This document shows positions 37,786 through 47,902 of a stretch of DNA of 64,000 nucleotides, one piece after another. Within the stretch, counting starts at the first letter, position 1. Every line of letters starts with the position of its first letter. The position numbers were made by a program, and so were the translations under genes. The notes beneath the pieces are model-generated. The model was not told the DNA's origin and did no database searches. It saw only the letters and a program-made list of their open reading frames with translations. The DNA comes from Microgenomates group bacterium (GTDB taxonomy: Bacteria > Patescibacteriota > Microgenomatia > Daviesbacterales > UBA10151): contig JBAZXP010000001.1 of the NCBI GenBank assembly GCA_041659805.1, positions 880,224 through 944,223 on the forward strand. Reading direction: 5' to 3'.

Positions 37786-38937
37786 TCACTTTTGATACTT
37801 TAGAAAGGAGTCTTCTCCTAAAATGATAGTAATATCGGCCCGCGATGAATCGAGAGATACAGCATCAGAAGCACAAGCTTCACCCTGGTCTAAACCAAAT
37901 AATGGAATCTTTTGCCAAAAGGAAGAAGTTTTGGGTTGCGGACAATATAGATTCAATGCCTTAGAAATATAGTTTGAGGTATAGCTTTTTTTAGAAATAA
38001 TCGTGCTTTTGCTAACTTTATCAAGATGATTAGATGTGAAAATCACTCTGCCACCCATATTAGTCAATACTCTCGCAGCTCTTTCGGCCAAACCAGGAAC
38101 ATCGGTCGCATTAAAAATTCCAATTGATAATCCTTCTTTTTTAATCTTTTCAGTTTCAAAATAACCAACTTCAAATTGATCCAACTTAATTTCATCAATC
38201 GCAATCACCCTACTACCATCAGGCAAAAGCAACCATTTTGTTAGTTCTGATTTTTCTAAATCAATTGTTTTAATCTTGTCTCCCCTAACCTCTTTTATTG
38301 CCCACCAAACTTTAAAAAACTCTACTAAGTTAAGATCTGTCTTTGCTTTTGACAAAATATCAATTCCGGGCAAAAAGCTAGCTCTTTCTGAGTTAATTAA
38401 ATCAGGCAAGCTTTCCCGTTTATCATTAAAGATTAAATAACCGTCTGCCAAAATATCAAAAGAAATATTAATTGAGTCTCTTAAAAGATACGGTCCCATC
38501 GGTGGTTTTTCTGCCTGTCCCAAATCATAGATACTGCGCATAGGCCAGTTTCCAAAACCGTATGGCACATCCAAATTCAAATCTTCAGGAAATTTAATTA
38601 TGGTTAACTCTTTTCCCGCTGGCTGATATGATAAAAGATAAGAATTATCCATCTTTACCACCAAATTGAAATCACTTTGTCCATCCCAGGAATTTAGTTT
38701 AGGATGATTATTTATTGATAGCTGCGGATTTAAACCACCTAAAAATCCAAATATTTTTCCGAATATAATCAGCGCAATTAAGAAAAATATTGCTGTTATC
38801 CCCAATGCAATTGGGTTATTCGAACGCGTTGATTTTATTTTTTTCTTTTTAGGAGTTGCCGCAAGACGAATCGAGGCTTTTCGTTCATATTTTTTCCAAT
38901 TTAAAGTAGCAGTCTTTTTCCGGGCAGGCTTAGACAT
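37786..38937 (-). CDS. LytR-CpsA-Psr-like protein with LytR_C domain
   Basis: Basic N-terminus, TM, VPYGFG...SIY, KTDL, IFNATDVPGLA, ADITIILGED. Confidence 0.8.
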   Translation of the reverse strand: MSKPARKKTATLNWKKYERKASIRLAATPKKKKIKSTRSNNPIALGITAIFFLIALIIFGKIFGFLGGLNPQLSINNHPKLNSWDGQSDFNLVVKMDNSYLLSYQPAGKELTIIKFPEDLNLDVPYGFGNWPMRSIYDLGQAEKPPMGPYLLRDSINISFDILADGYLIFNDKRESLPDLINSERASFLPGIDILSKAKTDLNLVEFFKVWWAIKEVRGDKIKTIDLEKSELTKWLLLPDGSRVIAIDEIKLDQFEVGYFETEKIKKEGLSIGIFNATDVPGLAERAARVLTNMGGRVIFTSNHLDKVSKSTIISKKSYTSNYISKALNLYCPQPKTSSFWQKIPLFGLDQGEACASDAVSLDSSRADITIILGEDSFLKYQK

Positions 38938-38950
38938 AAAAATTGCTTAT

Positions 38951-39082
38951 TTACCTTTCCTTTTTTTCCTTGCTGATTACCTCAGGTGGAGTAAAAACAG
39001 GAGCAAAACCGGTATATGAATCTGAAACATTTTTCTTCTTTTTCTTTTTTTCGCCTTTATAAAAGCTACCAAATGATCCCAT
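38951..39082 (-). CDS. Small basic protein (43 aa; below the ORF-track cutoff)
   Basis: SD AAGGAGGTG just upstream of ATG; MGSFGSFYKGEKKKKKKNVSDSYTGFAPVFTPPEVISKEKKER*. Confidence 0.65.
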   Translation of the reverse strand: MGSFGSFYKGEKKKKKKNVSDSYTGFAPVFTPPEVISKEKKER

Positions 39083-39104
39083 ATATCACACCTCCTTCTT
39101 TGTG

Positions 39105-39299
39105 TCACATAAACAAATACAACAATACTGTCATTAAAAGTAAGGCAATACCGGAATATAAAGTTAATATAGGTGTAAGTTGTATTAAACCCATACCAGC
39201 CAGTGTTAAAAGAAGACCTGAGACTCCTGTTAATACAATTAAGATTACCTTTTTGAACCTGTTAAATAAATTCTGTAAAGAAAATTTTATTCCATCCAT
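39105..39299 (-). CDS. Small two-TM membrane protein
   Basis: 64 aa, two hydrophobic helices; minus-strand TATAAT directly upstream. Confidence 0.6.
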   Translation of the reverse strand: MDGIKFSLQNLFNRFKKVILIVLTGVSGLLLTLAGMGLIQLTPILTLYSGIALLLMTVLLYLFM

Positions 39300-39448
39300 A
39301 TTATAAGTTTAGAGTAAAAGTCATCTTCAAATCAAGTATCAGTCACAAATTTAGATTAGTTAGCTGTACACCTCTCAGGTGTACAATGCGTACACCTGGC
39401 AATTTAGCTACACAAACCGAAGACTGGGTCTCCATCCAGAATTATTTT

Positions 39449-41158
39449 TTAGTTGAAAGTAGTGTGCTTGTGGGAAAGTTTGTTAAGCTCAATTTTAGAA
39501 CGGTCTTTGAAAAAATCCATATTAGGCCAATGGTTTCTAAGCATTTGAGTCACAAAATCACCGGAAACTACATCCGGCAGGATCACATAATCAACTCCAA
39601 CCTTGTAAAGAGCCTTTGCTTCTTCCTGGTCTGTGGCCCTAATCACAATTGCTGCTCTGGAATTCTTACGTCGGAGTTCTGTAGCCAACACCAAGTTATC
39701 TTCAGGGCTATCTGTTGTGGAAATAATTAACTTTGCCCTGTGCAAATCCAAAAACTCCAAAACCTCAGGGTCTCCGATATCCCCAAATAGCACATGCACT
39801 CTTTCGCTAACTAATTTTTTTACAACATCCGGATCTATATCAACCACCAAAAAAGGGATTCCTTCACGTTTTAAATACTTTATTATTTCACCGCCCATCC
39901 ATTTTGCTCCGACTAAAACTACATGATCTTCCATGGAGGCTGATTTTTTCTCTATTGGTTTAGTTGATCCTCCGTGCTCAAAAAACCCGACGAAGTCCTC
40001 CATTTTTTCATAAATCTGTCTTGAATAAGAGATTAAGATAGATGAAAAGATTATAGAAATAACCCCTACCAATGCCATAGCAGTTAACGTACTTTGAGGA
40101 ACCATACCAAGACGCACACCAACTACCATAATTATTAATGAGAACTCAGAAATTTGAGAAAGATTAATTGCTGTTTGAAACATTGTATGTTTACGGAAAC
40201 CAAAAGATCCCAAAATTAAAAGAAATATTAACGGCTTAATAACTATGGCATAGAGAGTAAAAAGAATTATGATTGGTAATACCTCTGAAACATTAGAAAA
40301 CATGACCTGAGAACCTAAATACACAAAAAATAAGGTCACAAAAAAATCACGGAGCGGTTTAACTTTACCCTGAATTTCAAAATGAAATGGCGAATTAGCT
40401 AAAGCTATTCCTGCCAAAAACGCACCGATTACTACTGAAAAGCCCATTGCTTGTGCTAAAACAATATAAATAAAACACCAAGCCAAAGAGGATAAAAATA
40501 AAAGCTCTGCAGATTTAGCTACCGCATTAAAAATTTTGGTTAAAAAATACCGGGATAATATTATTGACAGTAGGAAAAGCAGGATTCCTTTTGCAAACAA
40601 GGCAACCAGAGGTAAGCTGCTTTGCAGACCGGTATGTGCAAAAGAGGAAGAAACAGTCATGGCCATTAAAACCATGATTGCAACTAAATCTTCCACCAAT
40701 AAAATACCGATACTTAATTTCCCGTATAAAGAGCTGAGATCTTTTTTCTCAAGCAGCATTTTAACTACAACTATAGTTGAAGAAAATGAAAGTCCAGCAC
40801 CTAAGTAAAAACTAACAGTTTGCGAGTATCCTAAGAATGTTGAAATTAAAAATCCAGTTAAAAAAGCAAATAAAATTTGCCCCAATGAGGCTGCAGCAAT
40901 AGGCTTGCCTAAGGATTTTAATTCTTTCAGATCAAGCTCCATTCCGATAAAGAACAATACAAAAGCCACACCAATATCAGGTAAAAATGTGGCGAACTGA
41001 AAAGTGGCTGAATTAAAAATTTGAAAAAGAGATAAAATTACTCCAGCTACCAAATAAGCAATAACCAAGGGAAACTTAAAAATCCTGACTAAAAACCCCA
41101 AGACAGATGATAAACCCAAAACTATTGCCAGTTGTATAAATAAAGAGCTTGATGCCAT
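39449..41158 (-). CDS. CPA2 cation:proton antiporter with TrkA-N domain (Kef-like)
   Basis: LFFIGMEL, FSSTIVVVK, LLVEDL, PLRDFF, QISEFS; C-terminal NAD-binding-like domain. Confidence 0.92.
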   Translation of the reverse strand: MASSSLFIQLAIVLGLSSVLGFLVRIFKFPLVIAYLVAGVILSLFQIFNSATFQFATFLPDIGVAFVLFFIGMELDLKELKSLGKPIAAASLGQILFAFLTGFLISTFLGYSQTVSFYLGAGLSFSSTIVVVKMLLEKKDLSSLYGKLSIGILLVEDLVAIMVLMAMTVSSSFAHTGLQSSLPLVALFAKGILLFLLSIILSRYFLTKIFNAVAKSAELLFLSSLAWCFIYIVLAQAMGFSVVIGAFLAGIALANSPFHFEIQGKVKPLRDFFVTLFFVYLGSQVMFSNVSEVLPIIILFTLYAIVIKPLIFLLILGSFGFRKHTMFQTAINLSQISEFSLIIMVVGVRLGMVPQSTLTAMALVGVISIIFSSILISYSRQIYEKMEDFVGFFEHGGSTKPIEKKSASMEDHVVLVGAKWMGGEIIKYLKREGIPFLVVDIDPDVVKKLVSERVHVLFGDIGDPEVLEFLDLHRAKLIISTTDSPEDNLVLATELRRKNSRAAIVIRATDQEEAKALYKVGVDYVILPDVVSGDFVTQMLRNHWPNMDFFKDRSKIELNKLSHKHTTFN

Positions 41159-41164
41159 AAAATA

Positions 41165-41947
41165 TTATTTTACTTCTTGTAAGCTATCCAACGCTTCCTG
41201 CAAATCTTTTGGAAGAGGACTATCAAAGCTCATCCTTTTTGCAGTTTGAGGGTGGTTAAATTCAAGATGAGCAGCATGCAAAAACTGCCTACTAATCCAT
41301 CTATGATCTAATCTGGTGGTTTTTCTGCCACCGTATTTATCATCCCCCACTATTGGAAAACCTAGGTATTTTAAATGTACCCTAATTTGATGTGTCCGTC
41401 CAGTCAGGGGATAACACCTAACCAGGGTAAATTCTTTGTAATTCATGGCTCCCAGTTTCCTTATTTGGATTTTTGAATAATCAGAAAATAACTCTGACAG
41501 TTTTTCATCACTGAATTCAAATCTTTCGATTGGTTTATACTCCGTCACTGCTTCCCGAGCGTTTATCCCCTCACTTTTAAACTTAAGCTGATCTATTGTG
41601 GTAAATTTTTCACGGTCTCCGGGATGTCTTAAAATGCTGGCGTTAACCATCCCCTCTTTCACGATACAACCATGAACTAAAGCCAGATACTCTTTTTTAA
41701 CCCCCCGTTCCTTAAACTGGGTTTGCAAACTCTCTAAAGAGCTTTCTGTCTTAGCAACTACCAGTAAACCTGAGGTATCTTTATCAAGCCGATGAACAAT
41801 TCCTCCTCTCTCAATATTAATTTTAAATTCTGAAACAAGGATATCCTGTAAGGAAGGTTCTATTTGCGTTTCCGAAGAAGTAGTTACAAGTCCTGCAGGC
41901 TTTTCAATCACCAAAAGGCTGTCATCTTGAAAAACTACAGGAATCAT
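41165..41947 (-). CDS. RluA-family pseudouridine synthase
   Basis: KPAG, HRLDKDTSG, TGRTHQIRVH, GDDKYG, LHA. Confidence 0.95.
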   Translation of the reverse strand: MIPVVFQDDSLLVIEKPAGLVTTSSETQIEPSLQDILVSEFKINIERGGIVHRLDKDTSGLLVVAKTESSLESLQTQFKERGVKKEYLALVHGCIVKEGMVNASILRHPGDREKFTTIDQLKFKSEGINAREAVTEYKPIERFEFSDEKLSELFSDYSKIQIRKLGAMNYKEFTLVRCYPLTGRTHQIRVHLKYLGFPIVGDDKYGGRKTTRLDHRWISRQFLHAAHLEFNHPQTAKRMSFDSPLPKDLQEALDSLQEVK

Positions 41948-42327
41948 TATTTAGATAAAAAATTCTTAATTTCTTTTATAACTTCTTCAGGATTTAAGGC
42001 TGATTTTATTAAATACCCGGAAGCTCCTAAACTAAAAGCCTCATTGATAATTGTATTATTTCCTAAGTTTGTCAAAACAATAATGGGACCAATATTTAAA
42101 GATGATGATTTAAGGTTGAGGTTTTTTAAAATTTGTATCCCGTCCATTTTAGGTAACATAATATCCAACAAAACAATATTCCACCCACCCTGTTTAATTT
42201 TGTCCAAAGCCATCTCCCCGTCAGACGCTGTTTCAACCTTATACCCTTCCTGAGTGAATAACTCCTCGTAAAATTCTCTTATAAACTGATCGTCCTCGAC
42301 AATTAATATTCTTGTGGTGTTTGCCAT
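41947..42327 (-). CDS. Single-domain response regulator
   Basis: ILIVEDD, LLDIMLPKMDG, LT, K motifs. Confidence 0.93.
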   Translation of the reverse strand: MANTTRILIVEDDQFIREFYEELFTQEGYKVETASDGEMALDKIKQGGWNIVLLDIMLPKMDGIQILKNLNLKSSSLNIGPIIVLTNLGNNTIINEAFSLGASGYLIKSALNPEEVIKEIKNFLSK

Positions 42328-42376
42328 ATATTAAATATATATCATAATCCAGTAAATACTTACATACATCCGTTTA

Positions 42377-44611
42377 CTAAATTGTTACCATAGCTAATTC
42401 CTTAGCTTCTCCGATAGGTTTTTTAGCATAGTGTTCAGCATTAGCCAATACTTCAGGTGTTAAAACCGGAAGAGTAAAAGTAAATGTCGACCCTTTCCCT
42501 GTTCCTTCTGAAACAGCCCAAATTTTACCATGCATCAAATCTATCAAGCTTTTCGAAATAAATAGACCAAGACCAGTTCCTCCGGAAGTAGCTGCTGCAG
42601 CATAAGAATTATCTAACCTCCCGAATTTCTGGAATAATTTAGCCAAATCGTCCCTGGAAATTCCCACTCCGTTGTCACGGATTGATGCTTCCACTACTTT
42701 ACCATCGGTAAAAAAACTAATAGAAACTTTTCCGTCAACCGGAGTAAACTTCAAAGCGTTACCCAACAAATTTAAGATCACCTGAGTTATCTTATCCGGA
42801 TCAGCAAAAACAGTCGGAACCTTGCTTTTAACAACTTCTACTTTTATATTCTTTTCACCTGCTTTTGGTAAGACCATTGAGACAATTTCTTCTGCTAAAG
42901 ACTGAATATCAAACTCTTTTGGTTTAATTTCAATACTGCCTGATTCAATTCGGGAAACATTCAACATATCATTTACTAAATTAATCAAACGTTCTGTTGA
43001 AATATATGCCCTGGATAAATATTTTTCCATTTTCAGGGATAATGGAGAATCCGGTCTTTTGAGTGCCATCCAAAGATAAGACCTAATGGCTGTCATAGGA
43101 GTGCGAAGCTCATGGGAAGCTATACTTACAAAATCATTTTTTAAACGGTCAAGTTCTTTTAAGCGTAAATTAGCTTTTTGTAAATCAAAAGTTGCCTTTT
43201 TAACCTCTTCTTCTAAAGTAACATTAAAGCGCTTTATTTTTTCATAAGACTCTGCATTTTGAATAGCCACAGAAAGCTCCGGTGACAAAATATCAAATAC
43301 TTTTAGATCCCTTTCTGCATATGTTTCTCCTGAAGATTTTTCACCCAATATCAAAGAACCGACAACATCATTATTAATATGTAAGACCTTAACAATAGAT
43401 ATTCCCAACACCCTCATAGAGTCTTTTAACTTACCTTCTTCCAAATCATCAAAAACAACAATTTTGTGTATATCTAAATCAAATGTAAAACAACAGTTAA
43501 AAGTTGTGAGTTGTTGGGTAAATCCTTCTGAAATAATTTCATACTGATTATTACTTGTATTTAAAATTAATGCACCCCTGGAAATCCTCATTTCTTTTAG
43601 AATTGACTGTAGCGTTTGACTCACAAGGGGTCTGATTTCTATATTTGTACTCATAATATGGGATAAAACAGAAAGAACCTGATTTTCATCATAATGGCTG
43701 TGATAAAAAATCCTGTCGGTAAACCTCTCCAACATTTCCTTAAGAGATTGAAAAGTAAAAGCGACAAATAAAGTCAAGGTTGTTGAAATAACCAAACTAA
43801 TGACACTAGTTTGCTGTTTGATAAGATAAGTACTTACAAGAAATAGACCCCCTGTATAAAAAGAACCGATAATTACAAGCAAAACTATATAAGCAACCGA
43901 GCGCGCCACAATAAAACGTATGTCCAAAAAATGATGTCTGACAATTACATAAGTTGCAACAAAAGTGAAAAATAGACTGGCGACACTACTTGTCGAAAAT
44001 AAACTCGTGTTATTATAGGCAATCGGTAAAATAATATCGGAGATTGTTGCAAAAATACCAAATAAACTAAAGCTACTTAAAAAATATATTAGCTGAGTTC
44101 TGTTTCTTCCTTGAAGATTTTTAATATTAAGTAAAAAAATACTAATAGCCAAAAATAATTCACCCCAAATAGCAGATGCCCACCAAATATAATTTTTACC
44201 GATAACTGTATGCAAACCTTTAACAGGATCTATAACTACATCTACTACCCAGGTATCGGTAAAAAATAAAAGATAAACTGTTAAACTTATAAAAAACAAG
44301 CTATAGAGACCGCCTACAGGCCATAATCGCCTGAAAGATGGTTTTGGAAAAATAAAGGCAAATGCCATAATAGAGATTTCATTTATCGAAATTACCAAAT
44401 AAGTTGCCTTAATCCAAAAAATACTGTTAAAAATAACAGGAAATTCATAAAACAGCAAACAAAAAGCCCAAACACCGTAAAGAAAACTAATAAAGAAAAA
44501 AATCTGGTTGATTAAATTCTTGGAGTTACGTCCTAAAACCAAAAACGCCAAGAATATATTGATTATTCCTGTTAAAGAGATAACTGTAACTTTAATTAAA
44601 TCTAAGGGCAT
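42377..44611 (-). CDS. Multi-TM sensor histidine kinase with GAF-like domain
   Basis: About 9 TM; SHELRTP, NLLGNALKF, DNGVG, GGTGLGL. Confidence 0.95.
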   Translation of the reverse strand: MPLDLIKVTVISLTGIINIFLAFLVLGRNSKNLINQIFFFISFLYGVWAFCLLFYEFPVIFNSIFWIKATYLVISINEISIMAFAFIFPKPSFRRLWPVGGLYSLFFISLTVYLLFFTDTWVVDVVIDPVKGLHTVIGKNYIWWASAIWGELFLAISIFLLNIKNLQGRNRTQLIYFLSSFSLFGIFATISDIILPIAYNNTSLFSTSSVASLFFTFVATYVIVRHHFLDIRFIVARSVAYIVLLVIIGSFYTGGLFLVSTYLIKQQTSVISLVISTTLTLFVAFTFQSLKEMLERFTDRIFYHSHYDENQVLSVLSHIMSTNIEIRPLVSQTLQSILKEMRISRGALILNTSNNQYEIISEGFTQQLTTFNCCFTFDLDIHKIVVFDDLEEGKLKDSMRVLGISIVKVLHINNDVVGSLILGEKSSGETYAERDLKVFDILSPELSVAIQNAESYEKIKRFNVTLEEEVKKATFDLQKANLRLKELDRLKNDFVSIASHELRTPMTAIRSYLWMALKRPDSPLSLKMEKYLSRAYISTERLINLVNDMLNVSRIESGSIEIKPKEFDIQSLAEEIVSMVLPKAGEKNIKVEVVKSKVPTVFADPDKITQVILNLLGNALKFTPVDGKVSISFFTDGKVVEASIRDNGVGISRDDLAKLFQKFGRLDNSYAAAATSGGTGLGLFISKSLIDLMHGKIWAVSEGTGKGSTFTFTLPVLTPEVLANAEHYAKKPIGEAKELAMVTI

Positions 44612-44650
44612 TAAGATTTATTATAGCGGGAAGTAGATAAAATAAAAATA

Positions 44651-46012
44651 CTAGCGGACTTTTTGAAGGGCTTCAAAAACTTCTTTGCTCGAAGTTGTAG
44701 TAGAAGTTACAAGTAAAGGGTTTGTATATTTTACGATATTAAAAAACCGTGGAGCATTACTTAAATAGCTTCCAACAACTCTGTATAAATCATCAAGGTC
44801 AGCAAATGTCTTCCCCTCTCCTATTTGTGAAAATAGTCCTTTTTCATGTATCTTCCTGACTTCTTCCCCATTCCTCCGGAGCATTGCCATTGGCAACATA
44901 CCTGATCTTTCAGCTACTTTAGTCGCTGTATTAAATGCAACCGTATTATATAAACCATATTTTTCGGCAGCATAGACAGGCACACCAAGTCCTGCAACCG
45001 ACTCCCATTTACGGACAGGATCAGTTGCAAATTCTAATAAGCTGTATTGTTCATTAAAAGTTCTTCTGATTGCAGGTAAATAACGCTTGTCATCTTCAGT
45101 TGCCTGATCCGTTAGCTCCCAAGCCCATGGTTCTACAAAATATTTACCGTCTCTTTTAAAAACAGTGGCTTTACCTTCCAACTCTGCTCCTGGTTGAGGT
45201 ATTTGTACAATTCCATTACTCGCATTATAAATTTCATCATCCAATAGTAGAGTAGTTCTATAAACATCCCCAAAGATTGTTTCTTTTGCCTCACCTTCCA
45301 GTTTTAGGTTTACCCCTGTATATCCATCAAAATATAAAAGACGGCTGGATTTTAAAGGCAAAATCCCGGATGTAATATTTTCTTCAGTTATTTCAATCGG
45401 TGAATGAATAACATCACCATTAATACCTGCAACACCACAATGACTCATTAGCCATTCAACAGTTCCTGCCGGACCACCATCGTATTGAGAAGCAAGGGAT
45501 AAAACTGAAATATCGCCCTTTACTCCATTCAGATAGTTATGGTCACCTGGGTATATTTCAATTCCTTCTGAATTCAACAAACCTGCATTTTCAAAAGCTA
45601 AGACTGATGCCTTAGCTGCTGCTACAATAAAGGGAATATTATCAAGACCCTTCATAAATCCCGGTTGCAACTTCTTAGGCATCTGCGGCAGATGTGCACA
45701 AAAAGAAGTCCCTAGTTCTATCATTGAATAGCCTGGTCTTATTGCCCCACAAGCCATTAAAGCACCGATTGATTTGTGATAAAAATCAGGATGAAATGCT
45801 CCAGATAACATCACCAACCTTCCTACTTCTCCTTTAACTATTTCATCAGCAGGAATATGAGGGTTACATTCCCTCATTGATTTTTCAATTTCCGGTTGTT
45901 GGATAATACCAGTCACCCGCTGCAGTAAAGCACCATCAAATGTAGGAACATAGAGCTCGTTTGATGCAACAGGTGCATGGTAACTTCTTCTTATCAAGGA
46001 TTGTTCTATCAT
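44651..46012 (-). CDS. Hypothetical protein with partial M24 (pita-bread) peptidase-like motifs
   Basis: IRPGYSMIEL, INGDVIHSP, LKxxxLLYFD, FGDVYRT; TTGAAA-17-TACAAT supports start 46012. Confidence 0.6.
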   Translation of the reverse strand: MIEQSLIRRSYHAPVASNELYVPTFDGALLQRVTGIIQQPEIEKSMRECNPHIPADEIVKGEVGRLVMLSGAFHPDFYHKSIGALMACGAIRPGYSMIELGTSFCAHLPQMPKKLQPGFMKGLDNIPFIVAAAKASVLAFENAGLLNSEGIEIYPGDHNYLNGVKGDISVLSLASQYDGGPAGTVEWLMSHCGVAGINGDVIHSPIEITEENITSGILPLKSSRLLYFDGYTGVNLKLEGEAKETIFGDVYRTTLLLDDEIYNASNGIVQIPQPGAELEGKATVFKRDGKYFVEPWAWELTDQATEDDKRYLPAIRRTFNEQYSLLEFATDPVRKWESVAGLGVPVYAAEKYGLYNTVAFNTATKVAERSGMLPMAMLRRNGEEVRKIHEKGLFSQIGEGKTFADLDDLYRVVGSYLSNAPRFFNIVKYTNPLLVTSTTTSSKEVFEALQKVR

Positions 46013-46106
46013 TTTCTTTAGATTTGAATAATTGTACTGTTCGAACCGTAAATTTTCAATATCCCCTTGTATAGCAATCAAAGAACCAATTAGTTAAAAT
46101 AAATAA

Positions 46107-46550
46107 ATGAAATCTATAAAATCAGATGATTTTGAATGTATAAATTGCTACAAAAAGATAAGTGCCTCTGCTATTGGGACTGCAAACAGAAATCATTGCC
46201 CTGATTGTTTATATTCAAAACATGTTGATTTTTGTTCACCAGGTGACCGCAAAGCAACTTGTCAACAAAAAATGAAACCGATCGGGCTTACTTTTAAAAA
46301 CGAAGGCAAAGACAAATATGGAAATGACAAACATGGAGAAATTATGATTATCCATCAATGTTTGGGCTGTAATAGAATATCGATTAACAGGATTGCGGGC
46401 GATGATGATCCCCAATCAATCTTTGATATTTTAAATGAATCAAAAAACCTTGATTTATCTTCCAAACTTGAACTTGAATCAGCCAATATAAGATTAATAA
46501 CCGACTCTGATCTAAACGAGGTGAATACCCAGCTATTCGGCAAAAAATAG
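46107..46550 (+). CDS. RNHCP domain protein
   Basis: FxCxxC...RNHCPxCLYSKHVD...GDR; NRIAGDD. Confidence 0.92.
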   Translation: MKSIKSDDFECINCYKKISASAIGTANRNHCPDCLYSKHVDFCSPGDRKATCQQKMKPIGLTFKNEGKDKYGNDKHGEIMIIHQCLGCNRISINRIAGDDDPQSIFDILNESKNLDLSSKLELESANIRLITDSDLNEVNTQLFGKK

Positions 46551-46561
46551 TATAATTAGAA

Positions 46562-47152
46562 ATGGAACAAACAGGAAAATTAATTGTTATCACAGGTGCC
46601 ACTGTTTCCGGCAAAGATACAGTTGTTGCTTCCCTTCTAAAGGCCCACCCTTTCTGGAAAAGAGTTGTAACCACCACAACCAGACCCATCAGAACCGAAG
46701 AAACCAATGGAATTGACTACAATTTTATTGATAAAGAAACATTCCAAAAGATGAAGGAAAATGATGAATTCCTTGAAACGGTTGAGTATGCAGATAATTA
46801 TTATGGCACTACAAAATCTATTTTAGACCCGGCTCTACAAGGTCAGATTCTTATCTGGAGAATTGATGCTTCCCGTGCTGCACAAGTTAACAAACTATTT
46901 GAGGATTCGTTTGACGCCAAAATTGCTAATTATTTAAAAGCCAACACAAAAGTCATTTATCTTAAGTTGGAAAATAATTCAGTCCGACAAAAACATTTTT
47001 TAGAAAGAGGCATGATTAAAGACGATATCAATAAAAGACTTAAACAAGATGAAATCGATTATCACGTCGGTAATTTTAAAAATATAGTTATAAATTACGA
47101 AGGAAAGCTGGAACAAACTATGGCAAGTGTAGAAGAAATTATAAATTCTTAA
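46562..47152 (+). CDS. gmk: Guanylate kinase
   Basis: ITGATVSGKDT, TTTRPIR..E..GIDYNF, YYGT. Confidence 0.9.
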   Translation: MEQTGKLIVITGATVSGKDTVVASLLKAHPFWKRVVTTTTRPIRTEETNGIDYNFIDKETFQKMKENDEFLETVEYADNYYGTTKSILDPALQGQILIWRIDASRAAQVNKLFEDSFDAKIANYLKANTKVIYLKLENNSVRQKHFLERGMIKDDINKRLKQDEIDYHVGNFKNIVINYEGKLEQTMASVEEIINS

Positions 47153-47526
47153 ACGTGTTCTACAATATAATTTTTAACTTCTGCCACAAATTGATCAGGG
47201 GTTAATTCCGGTTTATGCAAAAACCCACTGGCTCCCAATGATATTGCTTCATTGATTACTGTATTTTGATCTAAGGCAGACAACATAACAATCGGTCCGT
47301 TTTTTGGAGGAGGGTTAATAGCTTTTAATCTTCTAAGTACCTCTAGCCCGTCAATCTTTGGCATCATGATATCCAAAATAATTAAATCATAACCCCCGGC
47401 AGTAATTTTTGCCAAAGCTGTCTGCCCATCAACTGCTGTTTCAACAATATAGCCTGCAGTGATTAGAAGCTCTTCATAGAGATTACGTAATTCAGTATCA
47501 TCATCTACTAATAATATTCTGGCCAT
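47149..47526 (-). CDS. Single-domain response regulator
   Basis: ILLVDDD, ILDIMMPKIDG, KP; paralog of 41947..42327. Confidence 0.93.
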   Translation of the reverse strand: MARILLVDDDTELRNLYEELLITAGYIVETAVDGQTALAKITAGGYDLIILDIMMPKIDGLEVLRRLKAINPPPKNGPIVMLSALDQNTVINEAISLGASGFLHKPELTPDQFVAEVKNYIVEHV

Positions 47527-47539
47527 ATATTTTTAATTA

Positions 47540-47902
47540 TTACCTATTTTTCTTTTTAGAGCAAGACAGGCAAAGAGTGGCAGTAGGCATAGCTTCAAGC
47601 CTTTCTATCTCTATCTGTTTGCCACAATTTTCACATTTCCCATAAGTTCCTTTTTTAAGTTTAACTAAGGATTCTGCAATTCTCTTTGAGAGGTAGGTCA
47701 AATCACCTTTCACCATTGAAAGCCTGCTATGAACATCTGCCATCCAGGAATCTGTACCTGATTCAGAAGCTTCAGGAGCCAAATCTTTATTGGTAACAGG
47801 ATCGTCTTTTTCGATTCCTTCAAGTTGTTTTTCAACAGACTTTTTCTGCCTTTGCAGCACTTTTTTAATCTTATTAATAGTTTCTCGGGGTAGATTTAAC
47901 AT
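47540..47902 (-). CDS. TraR/DksA C4 zinc finger protein
   Basis: Coiled coil followed by GTYGKCENCG..I..ERLEAMP.A.LCLSC. Confidence 0.92.
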   Translation of the reverse strand: MLNLPRETINKIKKVLQRQKKSVEKQLEGIEKDDPVTNKDLAPEASESGTDSWMADVHSRLSMVKGDLTYLSKRIAESLVKLKKGTYGKCENCGKQIEIERLEAMPTATLCLSCSKKKNR

